From Amoebidium appalachense (lineage: Eukaryota; Protista; Ichthyosporea): 64,000 nt of DNA. Positions 52,995 to 64,000 of the stretch are shown in pieces. Both the position numbers and the translations under genes were made by a program. Numbering within the stretch: position 1 is the first letter of the stretch; each line of letters opens with the position of its first letter. The notes under the pieces were generated by a model. The model saw nothing but the letters and a program-made list of their open reading frames with translations, had not been told where the DNA came from and made no database searches. The stretch spans positions 375,925 through 439,924 of the forward strand of contig CAVNZM010000001.1 in assembly GCA_963693365.1 (NCBI GenBank), read 5' to 3'.

Positions 52995-55900
52995 ATGGAT
53001 CCAAACAAAACTGGCGTAAACAAAATCACCATGTGGAAAGGTGAAGGGAAGACTGGTCCCGATAGCAAAACTACCTATTTTCAATGGGAAATCATTTTTC
53101 TCGGCATGATGACCGGCACTAAAGGTGTCCGACTCGTGGATGTTGTCCTTGCTGACAACTACGTCCCCCCTACCACCGTCGCGGTTGACGGTGAACCCCC
53201 CTTCTATGGCTACGGCACTACCGCGGAACTCAAAGAGGCCCGCAATTGCCTCCTGCTCCATATGATACAGAACATCGACCCTTCCGTCCTCACCACCGTT
53301 GCCCAGTACCGTATTGGCATGGACCCTGAACGGGCCATGTGGAAATTCCGTCAACACTATCTCCAAGGCAAACCCGATCAGATCCGCATCCTTCACCGTC
53401 AGTGGGATGCCTGTGCCCTTCAGCCCGGTGAATCATTCACCACCTACCTGAGCCGTCTGCAGACCATCGTAAACCAGCTCCAGTCTCTCCAAGATGAGTC
53501 CATTCACTTCACTCGTCTAGCTGAGAAGTTCTTCAATGAACTCACCACCAGAGACGACCTCACCCCTGAGTTCAATCGTCTTATCGAAGACTATCACTTC
53601 GGTGATAAGCTATTCCCCGACTTCGAGTCCCTCCATAACCACGTCAAGGGCATCGAGTTACGTCAAGACCTCAAGATGCAACTCCGGAACAACCGTGCCC
53701 ACCGTGCCTCCAAGTCCAGCATGGCATTAAATGCCAGTGCTCCCCCCCGTGATCTTCCTCGCCGTGACTTACGCACCCGACTTGACCGTACCTCTGGCAC
53801 GGACCTCCGAACTCGTCTCTCCCGTCAGCACACCCGATCCCGTTCCCCCCACCGGCCTGCCTTCCGGTCCACGTCTCGTTCCCCCAGTCGTTCCCGTTTC
53901 TCGGGTTCCCGTCGTTCTGATTCCCCGGCTCGTTCTAACACCCCGTCCGTGAAAGAATGCTCCTACTGCCACGAGCCTGATCACACGATCATCGATTGCC
54001 CTGAGCCGAAATGCCGTATGTCCAGACACAACCGTTCCCGTCAAGGCAGTGAGAAATCTGTCTCCTTTGCTTTCTCGGCATACAATGCTAGCTCCGTCCC
54101 CGTGTCCTCCGACCCTGCCTGGGATTCCGGGTGCAACATGACTGTTTGCCCCACCCGTGAGTTCTTCCATGACCTCACTCCCCTTCCGACACCGACTCCC
54201 GTTGCTGCCTTCAATGGCACCCCCGTCTTGGCCACTCACACCGGCCATATCGTCATCAACACCACCACCGACCATGGCACTACCACCCTAACCATTGAAG
54301 CCTACTACACCCCGTCTGGCCAAGCCTTCCTCATTTCAACATCCCAAGCTGCTGCCGAATACATCAAGGGTGATTTGAACGATGCCTCCACTCCGTCATT
54401 CCTCTTCGACCGACTCACCGGCCGTCATCTCGTCAACCTCCGTCTACACAACGGTCTGTATTACTTCAAGGACTACACCATTCAACCACCCACTCGTCCT
54501 GTGGCTCTGGCTGCCACTACCAGTGTTAACCCATCCATCTGGCACCATCGTCTGGGGCACCGAGCTATGACCAGCATCAAGGACATGGTGAAACACGACC
54601 TTGTTATTGGTCTCCCCTCCTCTGTCCTCGACTGTGATGTTCCTGATTGTCATGGCTGCATTATGGGTAAGACCACCAAGGCTCCGTTCAGGGGTGACCG
54701 TCCTCACTCCAACATCCCCGGTCATGAATGGCATTGGGATTTTTTTGAGCCTACCACAACATCGTACGGAGGTTCCAAGGTTGCTCTCGTCACTGTCTGC
54801 CGTGCCTCTGGCCTCGTCAAGATCTACCCGATGGCCGACCGTACCACCACCCTGGATATTCTCACAGCTCACACCAACCTCGTTGCCACCCATGCCCCCT
54901 CCAAAGTTGGTGTTTACCACTTCGACTCCGGCTCTGAGTTCACCTCCAAGGATACCCGTGCTTTTTGCCTCTCCCAGGGCATCAAGGCCAGCTATGCTCC
55001 GGTGGACTGCCCTCAACTGAACGGCTATGTTGAACGACGTATGCGGTTCCTCCAAGAGATTGTCCGTTGCCTCCTCCATCAAGTCCAAGATCAGTCTCTG
55101 TCTCCCAAACTGTGGGCTGAGGCCCTCCAACATGCCGCCTACATCATCAACGTCACCCCGTCCACGACTGCCAATGGTCGTACACCATTCGAGGTTTTCT
55201 ACGGTGTCAAGCCCGACATCTCCGAGCTCAAAGTGTTCGGTTGCCCTGCCTACACTCACGTGCCAGCCTCTAAACGGAACAAGCTGGCCCCCACCGTCAA
55301 ACTCGGCATGTATATCGGCTATGATCTTCAATCACACTGCCACCGGATCTTCAATGCCACCACCCATCGTGTCGGCCTCTTCCGTGATGTGATTTTCGAC
55401 GAATCAGCTTATCTCCCGTCCGACATTCCATCAACCCTTCCGACCCCCGACACCACTGCTACCTCGACCACCCCACCCCCCACAGTTGACACTGAAGATG
55501 ATGTTTGTCTGGTGTACTCTGGCCCCCCTCCTGCCATCGTCGTTCCCCCGACACCCCCCCCCCCACCGGCCCCCCTGCCCCCGTGCCCGTCCAGCCTGCC
55601 GACCCTCATCCTGCCCCTGGCAACGTCACACCCATCCGACCCGGCTCCCCCGACAACTTCCACTCGGCCCCGTCCAGCCCGGAGGTTGCCCCCCCTGCAC
55701 TTCCGAACTTCCAAGTTCCCCCCCCACCGTCTCCACCTACCCCGGTTCCTGCACCCCGTCGTTCTGCCCGTCTCCAGGGCAAGGTTGGACTTCAAGCCAC
55801 CACCACCCTGCCAGTCCCCCCCGGTCCCCCCATCAACATCGACCAACTACCCAAACTTGTCCGTCAACTCTGTTCCGGACCCAATGGTGATCAGGTCAAG

Positions 55901-57403
55901 TTAGCCCTGACTGCTGAGTATCAAGCCTTCGTCGACAAAGACATCTTTGAACTTGTTGACCCTCCCCCTGGTGCTAACATCGTCGGCTTCAAGTGGATTG
56001 TCTCCGAGAAAACTCTCAACTCGGCTGGTGACACCAAGATCAAGGCACGTGGTGTTGCTCAAGGCTTCAGTCAGCAATACGGTGTTGACTATGAGTTGAT
56101 TGAGAGCCCTGTCATCCGTCCGGCTGCTCTCCGTGCCATCCTAGCTCTGGCCGTTGTTGAAGGTCATGACATACATCAACTCGACGTGTCTACGGCCTTT
56201 CTCAACAGCCCACTCACCGAGACCATCTACATGAAACAACCCCCGGGATTCATCACCATGGCCACACTTGGCAAGGTCTGGAGACTCAAGAAAGCCCTGT
56301 ACGGCCTCAAGCAAGCCTCCAAGGCTTGGTACGACTTCCTCGACGGCATTCTTCTTGCCCATGGCCTGACCCGTACTAAGACCGACCCGTGCATCTACCT
56401 CCGGTTCTTCCCCAACAACGATGTGGTACGGGCTGGTAACTACGTCGATGACTCCACCATCACCAACACCCGGGGTTCTACTGCTGCCAGTGACCTGGCT
56501 GCCCACATCAGCAAGATGGCCAGCTGTCGTATGAGTCCATTTGACCGTATGCTCGGTGTTGATTTTAATCACTCTGATCCCCATCACCTCCACATGCACC
56601 AGAGGTCTTACATCATGGATATCATCCACGACTTCAACCTCACCGATGCCAAGTCCAAGTCTACCCCCATCCCTGCAGGCACCACCGTCTCCCTGGCTGA
56701 TTGCCCCCCCCAACCGTTCACCGTGCCCTACCGTGAGTTACTCGGCCGTCTCCTCTGGGTGGCACGGTGCACACGTCCCGACATTGCCTATGCCATCGGC
56801 TTCCTTGGTCGGTTCAGCACCAACCCCGGCAAGACTCACTGGGACCTTCTCCGTCGTGTGGCCCGGTACCTGCTCGGCACCATTGACCTTGGCATTGACT
56901 ACAAGTACTCGGCCACCCAGTCCCCCATACTCGAATGCTACACGGATGCTGACTTTGCTGGTTGTGCCGACAGCAAGAAGTCTACCACCGGCTACATTAT
57001 CGTGTTTGCTGGTATGCCCGTCATCTGGTACTCCAAGCTCCAGCCCATCACGGCCACCAGCACCACTGAAGCTGAGCTGATTGCTCTCAATGCTGGCACC
57101 CAAGAAGTTGCTTGGGTCCGTGACCTCTTCAAGGAACTCGGCTGTCCCATGCTTGCTCCGACTCCGGTGTACTGTGACAACCAGTCGACCATTGCCATCG
57201 TCAACTCCACCGGCATCAAGCACCGTACCAAACACATTGCCGTCCGGTATCACAACACCAAGGACTACATTGCCAGTGGGGACGTGGTTGTCCACTACGT
57301 TGAGTCAGCCCACAACTTAGCTGACATACTCACCAAACCCCTCCCCGGCCCGAGTCATGTCCACCATCGTGCTCGACTTTGTTTACCGGATATTGTGGAT
57401 TGA
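52995..57403 (+). CDS. Copia B Gag-Pol polyprotein (one apparent frameshift at the C11 run near 55554-55564)
   Basis: ORFs 52845-55904 and 55505-57403 contain the zinc knuckle, DSG protease, HHCC and DDE integrase, RT YVDD and RNase H. Confidence 0.93.
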
Positions 57404-57835
57404 CCCGACCTACTTCAAGAGTGATTTTCTCATGTGTACTACTTACTTTATCAACATCATTATATCATATGTATTGCCTTTGTGGGTATGCCCACTTAGG
57501 GTTTATATATAAGGTTTGACCTGTACCATCACTCTACTCTATCTTTCACTGGTTTAAAACCCAGTTAATCAAACACCGCCTATACACGTTATATATATTC
57601 GTTGTTTTTGCCCCGGTTCCTTCCCCCCCCCCTCCCCCCCCCCCCCCCTTCCCCCCCCCTTCCCCCCCCCCCCCTTCCCCCCCCCCCCCCTCCCCCCCCC
57701 CTTCTCCCCCCCCCCCCCCCCCGGGAAAAGTACACACTTTAATTTTTTTTTTTTTCCGTTTCTGTTCTCAAGTGGGGAGATTTCACTAGTTCAGTGGGGA
57801 TATGATAACACAAACTTCAAAGTCTTAAGTGGGGA

Positions 57836-58771
57836 TGTTATAATACGTAGTATTTACATATTGTAAGATCTTCTCAGTTCGTGTTATGTTTTCATTCATT
57901 TACTTAATGAAAAAGATGTGCTCCTTGTACGTAAATTATGACATCGATCTCCAGTGTATTTGAGTACTTGTAATCGTGTTGTGTCGGCTATATTCGTGTG
58001 TTTAGATATCGATTACAGCAACTGATTATAGGTACACGAGTCTACCCAGTGAGGGAGACACGTGTACATGTTATGTGTACATGAATATCTTCGGTTATAA
58101 CTGTGTTTTGCTGTTCGTGTTTTCTGTCCTGCTTTCTTTTCTTTTTCCTCTTTCTTCGTCTTTTCTTTTCTCTTTCTTTCTTCTCTTGTTTCCTTTCATT
58201 TAATTATATTTCTCTCTCACTAATATACGTTGAGTAGATTTATATTACTCGTTATGTTTTGATTGGTAGAAAAACACTTAGGTTACACTTTAGCTTGTCA
58301 GGTATGATTCATAGCTTAGTCAACCACTTTTGTTTTGTGTGTTGCCGTACTATATCCAATCAGTGGACTTAGTCAGAAAATGTCTGAGTCTTTGTAGCCG
58401 ATGATAGGTTAGAAACACCACCTCTTTCCTCGTTACTCTTCACCTCTTTTCTTTCTTATAGCTGTGACCTATGGTGTGTGTTCCCGCGTCTCCGGATCTA
58501 TCCGGGAAATAATCAGTTAATTATGATTGGTTATTTTAGACATAGATCTGATTTCCGACTGGTCGGAAATCATGTATGGATTTAACTTAAGGGAATTTCA
58601 GGTATTTATTAGCGATCAAAATAAATTGAGTTCAGTCGTGTCTAAACATTGATGTCTGTTGTGTACACTGCTCCGATCGTTCCGTGTTTTGTTGTTGTGT
58701 GTGTCTGTGGTGTTTTCACACTGCACCACTGTGTCTCTGCTTTCATCCCAAAATACTTATAGAATTTAACA
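57836..58771 (+). repeat. 3' LTR of copia B
   Basis: Preceded by the PPT aagtgggga and followed by the TSD ggtct. Confidence 0.95.
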
Positions 58772-60179
58772 GGTCTCTTGCAGGGTTCATTGCTTAGCCC
58801 CTTTTTGTTTAACCTATTTATAGATGATTTGGCTGTCAAGATTTACGCCGAAAACGATGACCCTATTAATAACTTTCCGCCTGCACTTCTCTATGCTGAT
58901 GATCTGTCCCTCCTTGCCCGTACCCCTAGACGCCTGCAAAGATTGTTCGATGTAGTGTCAGAGTGGTGCAAGGCAAACCTTATGATCCTTAACATAGACA
59001 AATGTGGTGTTCTTGTACCTGATATAGCTAACAATTTACACACATTTACATTATCATCTAAACCTGTACCTATAGTTCCAGAATACAAATATCTTGGTGT
59101 TCCGGTTGATTCTGTTGGTGTTATGTTTCCCCATATGGTCGAAAAGAGGGTAGAGTTGGCTCGTAAGCGGTTAGCTTTCTTCTCGGCTAATATTTTTAAA
59201 GACACACCCCTCCATCCTTCTATTAGACTTACATTTATTCGCACTTTTGTCTTCCCGGCATGTGAATATGGTTTACCCCTTCTCGCCGCTTGGATCAAGA
59301 AAGAGAGAACTAGAGCGCTTAAACCCTTGGCAAATTTCCTTGAAGCAGAAGTTGCCTCCTTTCTATCTAACAACTGTTGTAAGTAAACCTGGGCCTGTAA
59401 CGCTCTCGATATATGGTATGGTCCCAATAGCTGCTAGAGTATCCTATCTCGCGCTGAAATTCAATAAGCACATAAGCCGCTTAAAGAAGTATTTGCCCTC
59501 CCACCCTCTCTTCTCTATCCGACCTGTCCCCTCCTCACCTCTCCCCTCTTTCCTCCCCTCTCTCTCCCCTTCTCCCCTGGGCACAAATACAAATAAACCC
59601 CGCAATAGTGTGTGTGTGACTTTGGACTGCCACTTACTCATTAAACATGTACACAATCACAAGATAATCACGCAATATAACAAATGGAAAAAGATACCAC
59701 ACAACACTAGACCCGATGAAAGCATACACCTTGAAAAACTAAGCCTTATGTCTCGTTTTATATATACTGACCGCCTCAACCATATTGCCAAATATGGCAC
59801 TCGCAAGTGTATAACACCTAAATACATATTACCTTCCTGTAGAACTGGTCTTTCTCTAGCTGATGGTATTATTGATCAATTACCACGCTTTTACTGTACA
59901 CGTGCTATACAGTGGAGATCTAATAAGTATAAGGTGGCATCATTTGCATGCCCAAACAACACACACACACACCAGTTTAACCGGTCATGTATCGCCAAAT
60001 GTAGTTTGATAGACCACATAATACCGCAACACACACACGTCACATTCACAACAGACACCCAGAAAGATAGCCTACCTGTAAATTACAACATCCTTGATTT
60101 TATACTAAACACGCGTAACTACGACCTGTTTATTAGATGTATTGATTGGCTTGAGAAACACATCACTACAAAATTATAG
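58772..60179 (+). pseudogene. LINE copy 3 RT C-terminal part
   Basis: LQGSLLSP..YADD..YKYLG; a 4-bp GTAA duplication near 59380 shifts the frame. Confidence 0.9.
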
Positions 60180-60200
60180 CGCACGCGCACACACACACAC

Positions 60201-60251
<51 letters not shown>

Positions 60252-60283
60252 CCAGCTGATACCGAGTGTCCCGAGGGGAGCCC

Positions 60284-60349
<66 letters not shown>

Positions 60350-61121
60350 AAAAATAAAAAAACGGGGAACCCCAACTAATTGATTTCTCCTTGTAGTCTT
60401 TATGGTGTCTCGTAGAGAAAGTAAACCCTGATATATAGTCACCACCCGACATCTATGTACGTGATCATGATATACCGCTGAGGGGATATTCCGAGCAAAA
60501 CCCCCCCCCCCATACCTGAGACTGGTTCTCTTTGCCTCGAGTAAACAGCGTAAACCCCCAGGCTAATATCCGAACACCGTGTCTAGATATGTATTCTATA
60601 TCCACATTGATATCTAATACTCAACCGTTGCATGTATATCCTAAGGACTAATCTAATATATGAGTTATATCTAATCGGATATATCACTTCCGTATCTGGA
60701 TATGCACTAGATATCCAGTATGATATAATTTAACAGTCCATTAAATATATATCTCGATGACTAGTCTAATATATAAATGATGCCCATTTGGATATGCAAT
60801 ATCCTCCTTCCCCCCCCCCCCCCCCCCCCCCCCCCCCACCCTGTTGTTGGGATCCTGGCACTTGCTCAACGACGGCAGCACAAGTCTTTATGTACACGTC
60901 ATGCCCCACAGGAGCATGACCAGTTTTATCTAAGTCATGCTCCCCAGGAGCATATGACACACACACAAAGACTATAATTTAACACTTACTTTTGATCATG
61001 AACTATTACATGGTCCAGTGACCCTCTTGCTTACAAACTACACATGTTTTTTTGTTACTACTATAAGACTTATTAATAAAGAAAAAAAAAAAACACAAGG
61101 GCACAATCAAAGATAATTGTT

Positions 61122-61152
<31 letters not shown>

Positions 61153-61726
61153 TTAATCTTCCTTGCTTTTTTTGGTGGCGCGTTCCTCATCCTCCTCCTC
61201 ATTGCGCACCCTCTTCTTGCTGCCCTCACCCTCGCTGCCCTCGGCCTCGCTGCCGTCGGCCCCATCGCGCACGCTGACGTCGCCGTCCCTGTCCCCCTCT
61301 TCCTCGATGACATCAGCACCCACACCGCCGTCGGCCGTGTTCTTCACTTGCTCACGCTCGCTAGTCTCATCCTCGGGCTCGCTGTTGCTGCCATCTCCGC
61401 TGACCTGGCCACCGCTGCCGTCAGCCTCAACCGCATCCTCATCACGGCCGCCATCCTTGTCAGGCCCCGGCTGCAAGGGGGAGTCGGGGGGCTGCAGTTC
61501 TTGCTCGCCTGGGCTGTCATCCTTTTTGGCGTTGCCCCCCTTGCCCACCTCTAAGGCCACCTTGGCCTTGGCGCTTGCAGCCCTCTGGGCCAACTTCTTG
61601 GCCTGTTGCTGGTCAGCCTTGAGCGTGACCTTGACCTTCTCCCAGTTCTTGATGTACTGTATATGGGGGGTATGTGCAAGCATGAATGATAAAAGGTTAT
61701 AGAAATGGGGCGGAGGGAGAAGGGGG

Positions 61727-61764
<38 letters not shown>

Positions 61765-62078
61765 GGGTAAATGTTAGTACCCAATATGTTTCAAGTCCAA
61801 CAGCTATGTAAGAAAGATCAACTGAACACCCATCTAACAAGGTGTATACGGGGTGAAGCAGGCGACAGTTCCCTAAGTCTTAGCAGGATTCTAAACAGTA
61901 AATGTTGGGTACAAACTGTTTGCAGACACCTAGGACACAAAAAGTAAACCATACCACTTGGCAAGTACTGTTCAAAAGTTTACAAGAAGATAAGTGCCAA
62001 TAAAGCATAAAACAACCACTAAAATAAAGGATTAACACTGCATGTGTACAGCTTGAACAATAGATATAGGGTTGACGA

Positions 62079-62109
<31 letters not shown>

Positions 62110-62408
62110 TGCAACTAGCCATTCCACAAATATAAAAATAAAAGGTTACACAGCACACACACCTGCTTGATGGTGGACAGCCTGGCGCCCCCGTTGTAGT
62201 CACCACCGACATCATAGTTGACGTGGGCCCATTGGATGGGGGTAGGCAGGCACTTGTGGGCGTTGGGGTCCTTCAGCAACGACTCCAGGCAGAAAACGAC
62301 CATGCTAAAAAACTTGGGGTATTTCTCAGCGATGCCCTGTTGTGTGTGTGATGGCAGCGTTTGTGCCGGTGTGTGTTTGTGTGTGTTGGCAGTGTGTTGG
62401 CAGTGTGT

Positions 62409-62457
<49 letters not shown>

Positions 62458-62848
62458 GGGGAGATTTAGTGTCAAATAGTGTCTCATGATGAGGCAAGTG
62501 CTCGGGAAGAACAGAGAGGGGGGGGGGGGGGGGGGTCAAGTGAAGGGAAGAGGAAATGAAAAAAAGATAGACAGATAAGAGAGAGACAAAGGCAGCGACA
62601 AGAGGGGGGGAGACAGAGAGAGGCGGGGAAAAAAGTCGCCTAATAGCAGTACACAGAACTGATCAACGACATATATACACAATGTTTATACATATATATA
62701 GCACACACACACACACACACTGATGCACACTACCACCCACACACACAGAACACGATTCACCAAAGTAACCAAGTGAGCGGGAAGAGAGATCAGCAAACAG
62801 CAAATTAGTTTATGATAGAACTTAAGGCAAGCCTTTGGGAAGCTGTGT

Positions 62849-62887
<39 letters not shown>

Positions 62888-63360
62888 TTTCTTTTTTTTT
62901 TTTTTTTGGAGGGGGGGGGGGGGGGGGGGTACCAGTGTCGTGGAATTGGTTATGTCGGAATGTCGAGGTTGGCAGTCATGTACCAGCACCGAACAATCTT
63001 GCGGTCAGCCATGTGCGCTGCTGCTGCTTGCTAGAAGACTCACCCGAGTGCACCATCTCCCACCTGCACGGGGGAAAGTGAAGCGTGACCAGTGAGAAGG
63101 AGGAAAAGTGAGAGGCAGTTTGAAACAGGAAATAAGGGGAATAAAGCTGAAAAGTTTGTTGTTTCTTTTTGGCCGGGGGGGGGGGGGGGACAAAACGCCC
63201 ATGAGGTTTAACACGAAAACATCAAAAGGACAGAATCTTACATTGTCATACCTACAGCAGCACTCTAAACTTTCGATGCAAGCAAGTGGTTACCGACTAA
63301 CCTCGTATGTGTCAGTGGGGTACGTTGCGTGCAACGTGTAGGAGTGGGCGCTAACAGACC
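61153..63360 (-). CDS. 3' exons of an unidentified protein-coding gene with an acidic/charged C-terminal tail
   Basis: Last exon 61153-61656 (atacag|YIKNWEKV...KKSKED*) joins in phase to exon 62163-62336 (GIAEKYPKFFSMVVFCLESLLKDP...STIKQ|gtgtgt). Tentative small exons at ~62933-62997, 63043-63062 and ~63302-63350. Confidence 0.6.
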
Positions 63361-64000
63361 TTATCACACAGGTAAAAAGTCAAACGTGCACATGTCATGA
63401 TAGATGGGTGCCCCACTACACATGCTGGGCAATAAGGACGGCACACATTTGTTAAAACAATGAAACAAAGGAGGGCACAACCTTCCAACAATGGTTGCCG
63501 AGAAGTTTTGTATGCACCAGCCCTTATGAACTAAGAGACTTCATGTCAGGAAGCAATGTAGCTTCTAAGGGAGTTACAGACGGATGAAGCAAAATGTAGA
63601 AACTGCCGAAAACATGGCTTGGCACACAATGATGCAGAATGCGCGCTTTTTGCCCTGTGTTTACCTGCACAAAACTAAAACTGCTGACAGGCTGACCTAC
63701 AGAAGAGCTCAACCACTATACCATAAACGATCAGTGCAAGGTTCCTTAGGGCTCTTTATTGCACGAACGTTTTAACAAAAAGCGGCAGTGCCAAGAACCA
63801 ACATCAAAAGGTGCCAGCCCAAGCTGGGCATAACCCAGGCAGTAAAAACCTACCTCCTTGCTGCTCGGTTTAGAAGCTGTCATTCTAAAAGCAAGCGGCC
63901 GTTAGCCTCTGTCAGAGAGGATGGTGCCCTGCAAGTGAAAGAGGGGAGCAAAGGTGAAAATAACTCTTGAAAGTATCATCCTGTTATGCAGATGTGAGCA

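Larger units (their letters stand above)
51997..58771 (+). mobile_element. Full-length Ty1/copia LTR retrotransposon B
   Basis: 936-bp LTRs at 51997-52932 and 57836-58771 (identical by eye), 5-bp TSD GGTCT, PBS at 52933, PPT ending at 57835, gag-PR-IN-RT-RH order. Confidence 0.97.
49668..60559 (+). mobile_element. LINE copy 3 (5'-truncated in APE), interrupted by a solo LTR and by copia B
   Basis: Segments 49668-50519, 51228-51996 and 58772-60559 rejoin colinearly with copy 2; possible 4-bp TSD AGGC (49664-49667 / 60560-60563). Confidence 0.93.

Noticed and set aside
40616-57295. Long antisense ORFs over copia gag-pol (for example 54444-55331, 56141-56713)
   Set aside because: Shadow frames of a codon-biased sense ORF, with no independent motifs.

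Overview
Eukaryotic, intron-rich genomic DNA full of poly(G)/poly(C), (CA)n and (GA)n tracts. The lineage cannot be fixed from sequence; a unicellular opisthokont is only a guess. Bases ~97-29,800 hold a minus-strand insulin-degrading enzyme (insulysin, peptidase M16A) gene. I traced 27 GT-AG exons by hand, and the gene runs off the left edge. Its introns carry MITEs, hairpins and a co-oriented dispersed repeat family. Bases ~36,400-60,850 are a retroelement nest: three copies of one APE-type LINE family, two Ty1/copia elements with half-tRNA primer sites, two solo LTRs and a GATATC-rich host sequence. Copia sits inside LINE and LINE inside copia. The LINE has an unusual 3' end: internal (CA)n and poly(A), then ~200 nt ending in TAAACCCC. 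Its 3' UTR is also complementary to the start of ORF2, 3.2 kb upstream. The 3' exons of an unidentified minus-strand gene lie at ~61,150-63,360. Most ORFs in the six-frame track are microsatellite artefacts.
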